This document shows, piece by piece, positions 51,421 to 61,133 of a stretch of 64,000 nt of DNA. This stretch comes from Bacteroidales bacterium (lineage in GTDB: Bacteria > Bacteroidota > Bacteroidia > Bacteroidales > F082): contig JAFZDU010000074.1 in NCBI GenBank assembly GCA_017561025.1, positions 7,603 through 71,602 of the forward strand. Reading direction: 5' to 3'. The first letter of the stretch is position 1. Each line of letters starts with the position of its first letter. The position numbers and the translations under genes are program-made. Below the pieces are notes generated by a model. The model made no database searches and was not told the DNA's origin. It saw only the letters and a program-made list of their open reading frames with translations.

Positions 51421-52194
51421 CTAGTTCCTCTTCCCCTCTATCTCCTCTAACTTCCTCTCAATCCTATCAAGTTGTTTCTTGATATCGTCGTTGTTGTCTT
51501 CTGCCATGGCATCAACAAAGACAGAGTTGATGAATGATAATCCTATGATGCCGCCACCGCATAATAAAAGACAGAAATAGAGTCGAGATATTTTTCCAAT
51601 AAATGGTGATGTTGCTGCAGCTATTGTGTCTGGTATCTCATACCATCCTTCTAATGTAAAGATTCTAAATACAGTATATATGGAGTCGAGTGGGGTGGAG
51701 AAGAACTCTGGTGCTATGTTCTTATACAGACAGCAGTTAATCAGACTGGAAATAAAAATTATTATCACGAATCCCAACAGTATTGCTCTCGATTGTTTCA
51801 AGGCTCTGGCAAATCCTTTTGTAATCTGGCTTATATTTGGGAAGAACTTGAATACTCTGAAAATCCTGAATATCCTTAAAAGACGCAGCGCCAGAATAAC
51901 AGAGAGATTGGAGAGTGACGAGTTGATGAATAATGTTGTGATAGAAGGAACGGACAAAAGTATTATGATAAAATCAAATCTGTCCCATCCGTTTTCCCAG
52001 AATTTCTTGAAACCGTATTCCCTGATTTTCACTATCATCTCTATGATGAAAAAGATAGTGATGAAAATATCGAAATGCATCAGCATGTAATTGTTAATGC
52101 CGGATTCTGTAAGGAATATTATCAATGTATTGATGATAATTATTGATAGAATGACACTTTCATTAAGGAATATTTTTTTCAATTTTGATAGCAT
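51421..52194 (-). CDS. Voltage-gated ion channel family protein (BacNav-like, single 6-TM domain)
   Basis: S4 with Arg every third residue (LRLLRIFRIFRVFKF). Pore motif FRIFTLEGWYEI. C-terminal coiled-coil-like DDIKKQLDRIERKLEEIEGKR. Confidence 0.75.
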   Translation of the reverse strand: MLSKLKKIFLNESVILSIIIINTLIIFLTESGINNYMLMHFDIFITIFFIIEMIVKIREYGFKKFWENGWDRFDFIIILLSVPSITTLFINSSLSNLSVILALRLLRIFRIFRVFKFFPNISQITKGFARALKQSRAILLGFVIIIFISSLINCCLYKNIAPEFFSTPLDSIYTVFRIFTLEGWYEIPDTIAAATSPFIGKISRLYFCLLLCGGGIIGLSFINSVFVDAMAEDNNDDIKKQLDRIERKLEEIEGKRN

Positions 52195-52239
52195 AATTAT
52201 TTATGATTTAATTGATAACAAAATTAAAAAAAATATTTT

Positions 52240-52247
52240 TACTTTTG
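52240..52247 (+). promoter_or_regulatory. -7 box TACTTTTG for 52275-52760
   Basis: Exact match 28 nt upstream of the ATG. Confidence 0.5.
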
Positions 52248-52274
52248 TCTTATATATTTTTAACATGAATTAAA

Positions 52275-52760
52275 ATGAAAATTAAATCATTCTTTCCCTG
52301 GGATTCATTGATAAGTGTAATTACTATTATATTTAATGCAATATTTCTGTTTTGTGTTTGGGATGCTTTTCAAACTGGAGTCTTGTTGTTTGAAATTATT
52401 TCATTATGCTTTATAACAATACCTGTTTTATTTTTGCCACTTAGATTGGTCGTTACCGATGAAAATGTAATTATATATAGACTTTGTGGAATGGTAAAGA
52501 TAAAATTGTCTGATATTATGTCTTGTTATATAATAGAAGATAGTTATGAATTTTTTAATAATGGAGCCAGAAGATTTGGTAGCGGAGGAATGTACGGAGT
52601 ATTGGGACATTTTAAACATGATAAACTTGGAAAAATGAGATGCTTCGTCACTCATAGAGAACAATGTTTTATAATAAAAAAGAAAGACGGTAAAATCTTT
52701 GTAATCACATCTCCAAGACGGAAAGAGATAGTAGAGTTCATTAATAAAAATAAGGTTTAA
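52275..52760 (+). CDS. Membrane protein with bacterial PH-like domain (bPH_5-like)
   Basis: Two N-terminal TM helices, then RRFGSGGMYGVLGHFKHDKLGKMRCFVTHREQCFIIKKKDGKIFVITSPRRKEIVEFI. The family call is from memory. TACTTTTG box lies 28 nt upstream. Confidence 0.5.
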   Translation: MKIKSFFPWDSLISVITIIFNAIFLFCVWDAFQTGVLLFEIISLCFITIPVLFLPLRLVVTDENVIIYRLCGMVKIKLSDIMSCYIIEDSYEFFNNGARRFGSGGMYGVLGHFKHDKLGKMRCFVTHREQCFIIKKKDGKIFVITSPRRKEIVEFINKNKV

Positions 52761-52804
52761 CGTCATTACAACATTAAACCTTATTTTAATTGTTTATTTA
52801 TATT

Positions 52805-52857
52805 AGACGCATCAATGTGTGTTTATTTTAATAGGAATCATTGATACGTCTCTACAA
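52805..52857 (-). repeat. Hairpin element H4
   Basis: AGACGCATCAATG-21 nt-CATTGATACGTCT + CTACAA. About 85% identical to H2, including the loop, with one compensatory pair change. Confidence 0.85.
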
Positions 52858-52882
52858 TTATGCATTATGAATTATGAATTAC
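52857..52882. repeat. Word run ATTATGC ATTATGA ATTATGA ATTAC overlapping the pyrF stop
   Basis: GAATTATG family. On the pyrF strand the order is stop, run, then H4. Confidence 0.8.
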
Positions 52883-53688
52883 AAAAACGCTGCCATTTGT
52901 TCTTGTAATTTCTTTGCTTCATCAGCTGCTTTTTCTGCGAAGTCTTGTTCTTTTGAAGCGTAGATGATGCCTCTTGATGAGTTGACCAACAAACCGCATT
53001 CTTTGTTGAGACCGAATTTAGCTACTGCTGCCAAGTCGCCGCCTTGTGCTCCAACGCCAGGAACCAAGAAGAAGTGATTTGGCAACATCTGTCTGATTTC
53101 GCCTAATTCTTCAGGGTGTGTTGCGCCAACAACGTACATCATCTTGCTGTCGTCAGCCCATGTGCTTGACTTAGCGAGAACTTCTTTGTAAAGTTCACGA
53201 CCTTCAATGTTGAGGTATTGGAAATCTTTTGAACCTTTGTTTGAAGTGAGTGCTAACAAGATAACCCATTTGTCTTCGAAGCCTAAGAATGGTTCTACTG
53301 AATCTAACCCCATGTAAGGAGCTACTGTGATAGCGTCGCTGCTCATTGATTCGAAGAATGCTCTTGCGTAGTTAGCTGATGTGTTGCCGATATCGCCTCT
53401 CTTAGCGTCAGCGATGACGAAAATCTCAGGATAGTTAGCTTTGATGTATTTTATTGTCTTGTCCAAGCTTTCCCAGCCTTTAGCGCCGTATACTTCGTAG
53501 AAAGCAGTGTTAGGTTTGTAAGCTACTGTATATTGAGCTGTTGCATCGATGATTTGCTTGTTGAATTCGAAGACTGGATCTTCACATTCTAAAAGATGTT
53601 GAGGAATCTTGTTGATGTCGGTGTCTAAACCAACGCAAAGGAATGATTTCTTTGCAAATATCTGTTCTACTAATTGTTGTTTGTTCAT
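52879..53688 (-). CDS. pyrF: Orotidine 5'-phosphate decarboxylase
   Basis: 269 aa with LCVGLDTD and [13 protein letters not shown] (type 2 PyrF). Confidence 0.9.
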   Translation of the reverse strand: MNKQQLVEQIFAKKSFLCVGLDTDINKIPQHLLECEDPVFEFNKQIIDATAQYTVAYKPNTAFYEVYGAKGWESLDKTIKYIKANYPEIFVIADAKRGDIGNTSANYARAFFESMSSDAITVAPYMGLDSVEPFLGFEDKWVILLALTSNKGSKDFQYLNIEGRELYKEVLAKSSTWADDSKMMYVVGATHPEELGEIRQMLPNHFFLVPGVGAQGGDLAAVAKFGLNKECGLLVNSSRGIIYASKEQDFAEKAADEAKKLQEQMAAFL

Positions 53689-53699
53689 GGTATTATATT

Positions 53700-53800
53700 T
53701 TAGTTTAAAGTTTATGGTTTAAAGTGGTTTTAAAGTTGATAGTTTAAAGTTATTAAGTTTATAAAATTCAACCTTAAACCTTAAGCTTTAAGCCTTAAAC
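53700..53800. repeat. ~100-nt word palindrome between prfA and pyrF
   Basis: The left half has four (G)GTTTAAAG-type units. The right half has CCTTAAAC/CTTTAAGC units, which are their reverse complements. Confidence 0.8.
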
Positions 53801-53828
53801 AAATTTAATTTTAACTTTCAGTTTTCTA

Positions 53829-54902
53829 TTATATATTTTCCTTAAGGCGTTCAGCGTTTTCTGCCATCTGGAGTTTTTCTATTATCTCGTTGATGTCGCC
53901 GTCGATGATAGCCTGCAAGTTATAAATTGTCAGGTTGATACGATGGTCGGTAACGCGTCCTTGTGGATAGTTGTATGTTCTGATCTTTGCTGAGCGGTCG
54001 CCTGTCGACACCATTGTCTTTCTCTGCGAAGCGATGCTTTCCAAGTATTTGTTGTATTCTTGTTCGTAGAGACGTGTTCTCAAGACTTTCATCGCTGTTG
54101 CCAAGTTCTTGATCTGTGATTTCTCGTCTTGGCATGAAACTACGATACCGCTAGGGATGTGTGTCAGACGTACAGCAGAATAAGTAGTGTTAACCGACTG
54201 TCCACCTGGACCTGATGCGCAGAATGTCTCTTTGCGGATATCTTTTTCGTTAAGTTCTACGTCGAATTCTTCTGCTTCAGGGAGAACTACTACTGACGCT
54301 GCTGATGTATGGATTCTGCCTTGAGTCTCTGTCTTAGGTACACGTTGAACGCGGTGAACGCCCGACTCGAATTTAAGGAGTCCGTAGGCGCCGTCGCCGA
54401 TAACGTTGAATACTATTTCCTTGAAACCGCCTGCTGTGCCTTCGTTGAGTTCAACGACTTCTATCTTCCAGCCTTTTGTCTCGCAGTATCTGATATACAT
54501 TCTGTAGAGGTCGCCGGCGAAGATAGAAGCCTCGTCGCCACCGCTGCCGGCACGTATTTCCATTACGGCGTTCTTGTCGTCTGTCGGATCTTTAGGGATG
54601 AGCATGACACGGATTTCTTCTTCAATAGTCTCACGTCTTTGTTCTGCCTCATTGAGTTCTTCCTGTGCCATCTCGCGCATATCATCGTCTTTCTCGTTCT
54701 TCAAGATTTCTTTGGCTTCCTCTATGTTAGCCAAGAGGTTCTTATATTCCTTGAAAGCAGCAACGATAGGTTCCAACTCTTTGTAGTCCTTGTTGATCTT
54801 GACGAAACGTTTCATGTCGCCAATAATCTCAGGGTCGTTGAGCTGTTCACCTAATGTCTCCCATTTGGTTTTTATATCTTCTAACTTATCAATGATTTCC
54901 AT
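53829..54902 (-). CDS. prfA: Peptide chain release factor 1
   Basis: GGQSVNT (GGQ), a P.T-type tripeptide ([14 protein letters not shown]) and an uninterrupted frame. Confidence 0.93.
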   Translation of the reverse strand: MEIIDKLEDIKTKWETLGEQLNDPEIIGDMKRFVKINKDYKELEPIVAAFKEYKNLLANIEEAKEILKNEKDDDMREMAQEELNEAEQRRETIEEEIRVMLIPKDPTDDKNAVMEIRAGSGGDEASIFAGDLYRMYIRYCETKGWKIEVVELNEGTAGGFKEIVFNVIGDGAYGLLKFESGVHRVQRVPKTETQGRIHTSAASVVVLPEAEEFDVELNEKDIRKETFCASGPGGQSVNTTYSAVRLTHIPSGIVVSCQDEKSQIKNLATAMKVLRTRLYEQEYNKYLESIASQRKTMVSTGDRSAKIRTYNYPQGRVTDHRINLTIYNLQAIIDGDINEIIEKLQMAENAERLKENI

Positions 54903-54922
54903 CTTTGGTAGGTTATTTTTTA

Positions 54923-56089
54923 TTAATATTCGAATGTGCCGAATTCGCTCTTGATAGTAAGTTGTTTCTTTTCTGATGCTTCAACGTGACCGACAATCTG
55001 AGCTTCGATATTGAATTCTTTTGCTATTTGAATCATTTCTTCAGCAGCTTTCTCGTTTGTATAAATCTCAAGACGGTGACCCATGTTGAATACCTTATAC
55101 ATTTCTTTCCAGTCTGTTCCTGACGACTCTTGAATCATTCTGAAGAGTGGAGGAAGTTTGAACATATTGTCTTTCACGATATGGAGACTGTTGGTGAAGT
55201 GGAGCACTTTTGTTTGTGCGCCGCCGCTGCAGTGGATGATACCGTTAATCTGTTTTCTGAAGTTGTTCAAGATTGGAACCATCAATGGGAGATATGTACG
55301 GGTAGGAGAGAGGATGAGTTTGCCTACGTCAACGCCTTCTATCTCTGTCGGTTCTGTCAATGTATGAGGACCTGAATAGATTAAGTCTTCAGGAATTGAA
55401 TGGTCGAAGCTTTCTTCGTATTTCTCTGCTAAGTAGTGACCTAAAACATCGTGACGTGCTGATGTGAGGCCGTTGCTGCCCATACCGCCGTTGTAGCTTG
55501 TTTCGTATGTTGCTTGTCCTGATGAAGCGAAACCTACGATTACGTCGCCTGCTTGGATATTGTTTTCAACTACTTCGTCTCTTCTCATGCGAGCTGTCAC
55601 TGTGCTGTCGACGATAACTGTACGTACCAAGTCGCCGACGTCGGCTGTCTCGCCGCCTGTGAGGTAGATGCCGCAACCGAGTGAACGTAATTTAGCGAGG
55701 AATTCTTCTGTGCCGTTGATGATGGCTGAGATAACTTCGCCAGGGATTAGGTTCTTGTTACGTCCAATTGTTGATGAAAGAAGCATCTTGTCAGTTGCGC
55801 CAATACATAAGAGGTCGTCGGTGTTCATGACTATAGCATCTTGTGCTATGCCTGACCATACTGAAAGGTCGCCTGTTTCTTTCCAATAGAGATATGCCAA
55901 TGATGACTTGGTGCCTGCTCCGTCGGCGTGCATGATGTTGCAGAATTCATCATCGCCACCCATGACGTCAGGTATGATTTTACAGAATGCATTAGGATAT
56001 AATCCTTTGTCTAAATTTTTTATTGCATTGTGAATGTCTTCTTTTTCTGCAGAGACACCACGAAGTTGATAACGCTTTTCTACTGACAT
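54923..56089 (-). CDS. purM: Phosphoribosylformylglycinamidine cyclo-ligase (AIR synthase, long Bacteroidota form)
   Basis: 388 aa with [20 protein letters not shown]...[22 protein letters not shown] and PurM-like N and C domains. Confidence 0.8.
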   Translation of the reverse strand: MSVEKRYQLRGVSAEKEDIHNAIKNLDKGLYPNAFCKIIPDVMGGDDEFCNIMHADGAGTKSSLAYLYWKETGDLSVWSGIAQDAIVMNTDDLLCIGATDKMLLSSTIGRNKNLIPGEVISAIINGTEEFLAKLRSLGCGIYLTGGETADVGDLVRTVIVDSTVTARMRRDEVVENNIQAGDVIVGFASSGQATYETSYNGGMGSNGLTSARHDVLGHYLAEKYEESFDHSIPEDLIYSGPHTLTEPTEIEGVDVGKLILSPTRTYLPLMVPILNNFRKQINGIIHCSGGAQTKVLHFTNSLHIVKDNMFKLPPLFRMIQESSGTDWKEMYKVFNMGHRLEIYTNEKAAEEMIQIAKEFNIEAQIVGHVEASEKKQLTIKSEFGTFEY

Positions 56090-56094
56090 AGCTT

Positions 56095-58557
56095 TTATTT
56101 GTTAAAGATGAGATTCATGGTTTCGGTGTCGATGGTGAACTCTCCGAATTGTTTGAGAGTCTTTTCTCCGATAAGCCAATCTGTTCTCAAATTGTTATAT
56201 ACTCTTACTTTTACATTTTTCACTGAACGGTTTGCAATCCACATCTCTTTGATGATGAACTCTGCTCTGTCGGCAACAGCGCCAATGGTGATGATTCTCT
56301 CTATGTTCTCACCAATGAAGTCGTCTTTTGTGATGACGCCGTCGTTCAACATCTTCATGACTTTTTTCTGTGATACTCCAAATTCGAAGTCTTTGTCGTA
56401 TGTTATATTTTCTGTATATGCATTGACTGTAGCCTTGAATGATATATATCCTTGTTTGTCCACTGCAATGGATACTTTGTTGTCGTCAGGTCTCATGTTG
56501 ACATTGGCCATCTGTTCGTCGCTGATGTTCTCGCGTGGTATATAGTCTTTGCTGATGACTCTGAATTCTGTTCTACGATTCAGTTGATGTGCAAATTCTT
56601 TCAACTCGTCGTTTGATAAGTTCTTGATATAATCTTCTGTGAGAGTTGTTCCTGCTTTGATAGTGAATCCGTTGAATGTATAGTCTTTATGCAATGTTCT
56701 TGGCACGCGTTCTCCATATCCTTTTGCAGTGAGACGGAATGGGTCAATACCTCTGATGACGAGATAGTCGCATACTGACTGGGCACGTCTTTGTGATAAG
56801 ATATCGTTCTTTTCGTGAGTGTCGCGGCTATCGGTATGTGAGCCTAATTCAATTGCGATGCTTGGGTTGACTTGTAACAATTCAATGAGTCCTCTGAGTG
56901 AGTCTTCAAACTGCGGTCTTAATTCCCATTTTGACAATTCGTACAAGATATCAGGAAGTACGATAGGCATATCTGGAATTACGCTAATCTCATAATCCTT
57001 ATTGAAGTCTCTGCTGAACTCCAGTCCTACAGTGCTGATAGTGTCTGTGAAACTGAAGAAGTTTTTCTTTTCAATGCTAAGGATATATATGTTGTTAGCT
57101 TTTATCTGTGTGTTGGTGAACAAGAATGCTCCTTTTTCACTACTGTTGGTTGTGAAGTTTGAGCCATCTGAGCCGCTTACTTTTACTGTTGCACCTTCAA
57201 CATATTGGAGGCTGTTTTGGTTCTTGATGGTTCCGCTGATGGTGAATAGGACAGGAGGTTCGATGAAATAGTATATGTCGTCATCGAGTCCGTTTTTCAC
57301 GTCTCTGTTGCTGATGAAGAAACCTCTTTCTTCTGACGGATGGAATGTGATTCCATAATCATTGCCAATAGAATTTATTGGTGATTTGAGGTTTACTGGA
57401 GCTGACCATTCTCCTAATGAGTCTAATGTAGTGACGTAGATGTCGAGTCCGCCCATTCCGCCATGACCGTTAGAAGCGAAATATAGAGTGCTGTCGTTTC
57501 TCATATATGGATAGAGTTCGTCACCTTCAGTGTTGATGATTTCGCCTATGTTTCTAGGACGGCCGAATTTTTCTGAAGTGCTTTCTCTTTCTGACATCCA
57601 GATGTCTTTTCCGCCTATTCCGCCTTTACGTTCTGAAGCGAAGAAGAGTTTTAATTCGTCGCTCGATAATGTTGGGTGCCCTACGACATCGAGACTGTCG
57701 ATGGTTGTTATTTCCACTGCTACAGGTTCGCTCCATGCGCTACCTGTGCGTGATGACTTCATAATCTGGCAGCCTGATTCTCTTTTCTTATGATTTGGAC
57801 AACGTGTGAAATACATTGTCGAGAAGTTCTTGTTCATGAAAGGAGTTCCTTCGCTGCCTGTTGAGTTGATTCCTTCTTCGTCGGCCAATACAGCTTCTTC
57901 CCATTCGCCTTGTTTGTTCATTCTTGCGATGTAGAAGTCTGCGAAGCTTTGGCCTGTGATAGCGTCTTTTTCTTTAGAGACGCCGCCTTCTCTTGTTGAA
58001 GAGAATATCACTTCATTGTAATTGTTTGAGACCCATGCCACGCCGAATTCAGCTGCTTTAGAGTTGATTTTCTTCAGTCGTGTCACTTCATATTTTGAAG
58101 GAAATTCTATCCATTCTTTGATATATTGCATGTCTTCCAATGCAGCGAAGCCTCTTGGGTCGTCAGGAACTAATTCGTTGTATATTGTATAGTATTCTGC
58201 AGCCAATTCATATTTCTGGTTTCTTTTCAGTACGTCGGCATAGTTGAGGTATACTATAGGGTTTTCTTTAGGGAATTCAGTTCTGAGTAATCTCTTGTAT
58301 TGTGACTCTGCAAGTTTTGGAGCTTCTGTGAGTCGGTAGCATTCTGCAAGACGGTAGGTGATATGGATACGATCTTCTTCGTATTTTTTCTTTCCTGTCT
58401 TTTTGTATGCTTTTTTATATCTTTCTATTGCAACATTGTATTGTTTGCGTTCGAATGCTATGTCGGCAGATTTGCTAGGGCTTTTACGTTGAGCGCAAAC
58501 AGGTTCTGCGGCACCTAAAACAATGACTATGAGTATGAGAAATAATTTCTTTAACAT
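56095..58557 (-). CDS. OmpA family protein with TPR, TolB-like beta-propeller repeats and a C-terminal extension
   Basis: Signal peptide, TPR-like N-terminus and repeated ELYPYMRNDSTLYFASN-type propeller blades. OmpA_C motif ELGSHTDSRDTHEKNDILSQRRAQSVCDYL. About 170 extra C-terminal residues. Confidence 0.75.
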   Translation of the reverse strand: MLKKLFLILIVIVLGAAEPVCAQRKSPSKSADIAFERKQYNVAIERYKKAYKKTGKKKYEEDRIHITYRLAECYRLTEAPKLAESQYKRLLRTEFPKENPIVYLNYADVLKRNQKYELAAEYYTIYNELVPDDPRGFAALEDMQYIKEWIEFPSKYEVTRLKKINSKAAEFGVAWVSNNYNEVIFSSTREGGVSKEKDAITGQSFADFYIARMNKQGEWEEAVLADEEGINSTGSEGTPFMNKNFSTMYFTRCPNHKKRESGCQIMKSSRTGSAWSEPVAVEITTIDSLDVVGHPTLSSDELKLFFASERKGGIGGKDIWMSERESTSEKFGRPRNIGEIINTEGDELYPYMRNDSTLYFASNGHGGMGGLDIYVTTLDSLGEWSAPVNLKSPINSIGNDYGITFHPSEERGFFISNRDVKNGLDDDIYYFIEPPVLFTISGTIKNQNSLQYVEGATVKVSGSDGSNFTTNSSEKGAFLFTNTQIKANNIYILSIEKKNFFSFTDTISTVGLEFSRDFNKDYEISVIPDMPIVLPDILYELSKWELRPQFEDSLRGLIELLQVNPSIAIELGSHTDSRDTHEKNDILSQRRAQSVCDYLVIRGIDPFRLTAKGYGERVPRTLHKDYTFNGFTIKAGTTLTEDYIKNLSNDELKEFAHQLNRRTEFRVISKDYIPRENISDEQMANVNMRPDDNKVSIAVDKQGYISFKATVNAYTENITYDKDFEFGVSQKKVMKMLNDGVITKDDFIGENIERIITIGAVADRAEFIIKEMWIANRSVKNVKVRVYNNLRTDWLIGEKTLKQFGEFTIDTETMNLIFNK

Positions 58558-58595
58558 ATAAAAACCTTTTATAAGGTGTAACGTAATTTATGTTA

Positions 58596-58603
58596 CAAAA
58601 GTA
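58596..58603 (-). promoter_or_regulatory. -7 box TACTTTTG (minus strand) for the OmpA-family/purM/prfA transcription unit
   Basis: Plus strand reads CAAAAGTA, 39 nt upstream of ATG 58557. Confidence 0.5.
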
Positions 58604-58631
58604 TGAAAAAAAATGATATGATTTTAAAAAT

Positions 58632-58664
58632 AATGAGGAATTAGGAGTTAGGAATTAGGAATGA
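58632..58664. repeat. Word run AATGAGGAATTAGGAGTTAGGAATTAGGAATGA
   Basis: GAATTAGG family. Shares a 15-mer with the rimO insertion. Confidence 0.8.
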
Positions 58665-58704
58665 TTTTTTTGAGCCATTCACCATTAAAGTAGTGCTATA
58701 ATCA

Positions 58705-58734
58705 ATATAAAAGAGGCGTCATTTGACGCCTCTT
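58705..58734 (-). terminator. Terminator hairpin spanning the stop codon of 58719-59270
   Basis: AAGAGGCGTCA/TGACGCCTCTT 11-bp palindrome. On the minus strand it is followed by TTTATATT. One arm encodes the last residues (RGV). Confidence 0.55.
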
Positions 58735-59270
58735 ACAACCATGCCTATAGTTATACTATGAATGTTTAGTATGTTACAATCTTTTAATGGTAAAGAGTAA
58801 TTGTAATGCAATCGTATCATCCAGATATCATTTCTCTTTGATTTTTTATTGTTTAGAAATTCTAAATCAACATTTACCCCAATTGAAGATATGGGAGTGC
58901 TTTTCAAATTATAGTCATTACTATGATTCATAATGCCGAATCCTAATAATGGTGTAATTTGTAAAATACTTTTGTCAGTTAGATTGTAACCGGTCAGTAT
59001 GCCATAATTGAACATAGTGTTTTTTGAGTTCCATCCACCTTGACTATAAAGAGAAGTTTGTATTCGATTGTGATATAAATCTATACCCCATTTACAATTT
59101 CCATAACTATTGATGTTGTTAGTGGAGAATTCTTTGCTGATGCTGATTCCTCCTGAAATAGATGTTCCGAAACACCATTTTGAATGTGAAGGTGATTCTT
59201 GACCTATACATAAATTTGCATAAGTCAACTGCATAACAAAAACTAGAAGTAATAAATTAATTTTTTTCAT
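58719..59270 (-). CDS. Hypothetical secreted protein, possible small outer-membrane beta-barrel
   Basis: 183 aa with a signal peptide (MKKINLLLLVFVMQLTYA), alternating aromatic/Gly-rich strands and a C-terminal hydrophobic strand. No family recognised. Confidence 0.4.
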   Translation of the reverse strand: MKKINLLLLVFVMQLTYANLCIGQESPSHSKWCFGTSISGGISISKEFSTNNINSYGNCKWGIDLYHNRIQTSLYSQGGWNSKNTMFNYGILTGYNLTDKSILQITPLLGFGIMNHSNDYNLKSTPISSIGVNVDLEFLNNKKSKRNDIWMIRLHYNYSLPLKDCNILNIHSITIGMVVRGVK

Positions 59271-59385
59271 TTTGTTTGGTTTAAAATATAGCCCTATTTA
59301 TTTTATGTGATATAGCAGAAGGGCATTTACCGCCTCATCGGCAGCAAAAATATATATATTAAACTATTCAAAAATATGTTTTTGA

Positions 59386-60939
59386 TTATATAAGTCCTTC
59401 TTTGAGGCTATTTTGCATGAAATCAATCAGCTTATTGTTATTGAGTGATTCTTTAAGTTTACTTGTTACTCTCTTGCGACGACTTACAATGCCTTGATAT
59501 GATAATGATAGTAATCCTGCTTTTTGAATTTCTGTCAAAGGAAGAATGGAAATGAAGCAATAATCAAGTTCGATACTGCTCATGTCTGAATGCTTTGATG
59601 TGAATTTGTGTGTGAAGTCATTGAATATGGAATCTATAGTTGTTTTATACATGCTAATTTCAGTAGTAGTAAGTGGATTCTTAAAATACATTATACTGTC
59701 TCCCATCAAATCTTTGTTGTTATCGCATCTTTCTATAATTGATATAACTATCTCTGTTTCTTGAAATGCTTTCCATTTTTCTAAATACAAAGTGTTGGTT
59801 ACTTCCTCGCAATTTGATGCCTTATTTTTTATAGCATTAAGTTTTATTGTTACAACAATGACAATTACTATTATTACAAAAATACATATAGGTTGAGCAC
59901 TTTTTTTATTGCTTTCAATCTTTATTTTGTTTGTTAGATAATTGTCGTATGTCTTTGATATTTCTGAATTTTGGATTTTAAGATCTAAATACGTTCTTTG
60001 GATTTCACGATGCAAGCTCGCATATTTAGCAGATTCTTTTTCATTACCTAATTCTTTATAAATTTCAGCTAAACCTTCTGCTGCATCTCTTTGATCAAAT
60101 AAATCTGGTGAGCGGAATGCTTCCAGAGCATAATACAAAGCAGAGTCATATTCTTTTTCTGCATAATATGCATAAGCAGCAGCCCTATTCATGGAATAGT
60201 ATATGGATGTATATTTAGGCACATTTTGTAGTGCTTTGTTTCGAAGTATTAAGGCTGAGTCTTGTTTGTGAATTGACCTATAATAATATGATAAACAGTA
60301 ATAATAGTAGGCTTTTTCATAAGATTGTTCTGGAAACTTGGATAGATAATTTTCGGCTGTCTTTATGTAATATAAATTAGTATCCGGATTGTTCCCGTTT
60401 TTGTCAAGCATATCACAAAAACTTCCTAATGTCAAATATTCAACTGCCAAGTGCGATGAGTCGTTACACTCATGAAATTCATTTATACATTCCAATAATA
60501 AATCGAAAGATTTATTGAAATGCTCAGATAAAAGAAATAATGATGAAATTTTCTTATATATTAAACCTGTCAAATAGTGTTTCTTTATATCATAGTATTG
60601 ACTGTTTATATTATCTAATGTTTTTAAAGATATAACATAATTGTTCATGGCATTATTATAATCTAAATTTGCAGCATTTATACTGCCTAAAATATGGTAA
60701 GACCTGGCTTTGTTCCATTTTATTTCTAGATCATTATGAATTATGTCGAGAGAGTCAAAATAATTTGCCACATGTAAGATTGCTGAATCATTGTAAATTT
60801 GATGCCAACTATTTAATAGCTGTTCGTGCATGTCAATAACTATTTCATATTGTGTTTTATAATCTAATGTGTTATCATCTGTAGTGACATCATATGTTGT
60901 TATCAATGATAGTATTAACAAGATTAAAGTAGTTTGCAT
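59386..60939 (-). CDS. TPR-repeat membrane protein, possible DUF6377-like regulator
   Basis: N-terminal hydrophobic segment, TPR-like Y/A-rich repeats, a central TM (ICIFVIIVIVIVVTI) and a C-terminal ~130 aa with a weak HTH-like segment (LTEIQKAGLLSLSYQGIVSRRKRVTSKL). Start moved to ATG 60939 because a TACATTTG box sits at 60960-60967. Confidence 0.4.
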   Translation of the reverse strand: MQTTLILLILSLITTYDVTTDDNTLDYKTQYEIVIDMHEQLLNSWHQIYNDSAILHVANYFDSLDIIHNDLEIKWNKARSYHILGSINAANLDYNNAMNNYVISLKTLDNINSQYYDIKKHYLTGLIYKKISSLFLLSEHFNKSFDLLLECINEFHECNDSSHLAVEYLTLGSFCDMLDKNGNNPDTNLYYIKTAENYLSKFPEQSYEKAYYYYCLSYYYRSIHKQDSALILRNKALQNVPKYTSIYYSMNRAAAYAYYAEKEYDSALYYALEAFRSPDLFDQRDAAEGLAEIYKELGNEKESAKYASLHREIQRTYLDLKIQNSEISKTYDNYLTNKIKIESNKKSAQPICIFVIIVIVIVVTIKLNAIKNKASNCEEVTNTLYLEKWKAFQETEIVISIIERCDNNKDLMGDSIMYFKNPLTTTEISMYKTTIDSIFNDFTHKFTSKHSDMSSIELDYCFISILPLTEIQKAGLLSLSYQGIVSRRKRVTSKLKESLNNNKLIDFMQNSLKEGLI

Positions 60940-60959
60940 AATTATTATGGTTAACAATG

Positions 60960-60967
60960 CAAATGTA
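60960..60967 (-). promoter_or_regulatory. -7 box TACATTTG (minus strand) for the TPR protein gene
   Basis: Plus strand reads CAAATGTA. It lies upstream of ATG 60939 but overlaps the ORF-track start region at 60957. Confidence 0.4.
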
Positions 60968-61026
60968 ATATTTTTTTCTTAGATCCTTTTATACATTTGA
61001 ATCCAAGAAACTCAATATCGCAGAAT

Positions 61027-61064
61027 GACTTTGAACTTTGAACTGTTGTCTGTTGTCTGTTGTC
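61027..61064. repeat. Word runs (GACTTTGAA CTTTGAAC)(TGTTGTC x3)
   Basis: Distal to the secDF terminator. Confidence 0.85.
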
Positions 61065-61096
61065 AAAAAAAAGAGCCCCTGAAAATCAGGAGCTCT
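61065..61096 (-). terminator. Intrinsic terminator after secDF
   Basis: Minus strand AGAGCTCCTGA-TTT-TCAGGGGCTCT (one U-G) followed by T8. Confidence 0.75.
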
Positions 61097-61101
61097 CTCA
61101 A

Positions 61102-61133
61102 CTTTAGCCATTAGCCATTAGCCATTAGCCAAT
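61102..61133. repeat. Octamer run (CCATTAGC)x3.5 abutting the secDF stop
   Basis: On the secDF strand TAA is followed by TTGGCTAATGGCTAATGGCTAATGGCTAAAG. Confidence 0.9.

Noticed and set aside
53829-54902. Programmed +1 frameshift, as in release factor 2.
   Set aside because: The gene is RF1-type (P.T tripeptide, no SPF) and has a single uninterrupted frame.
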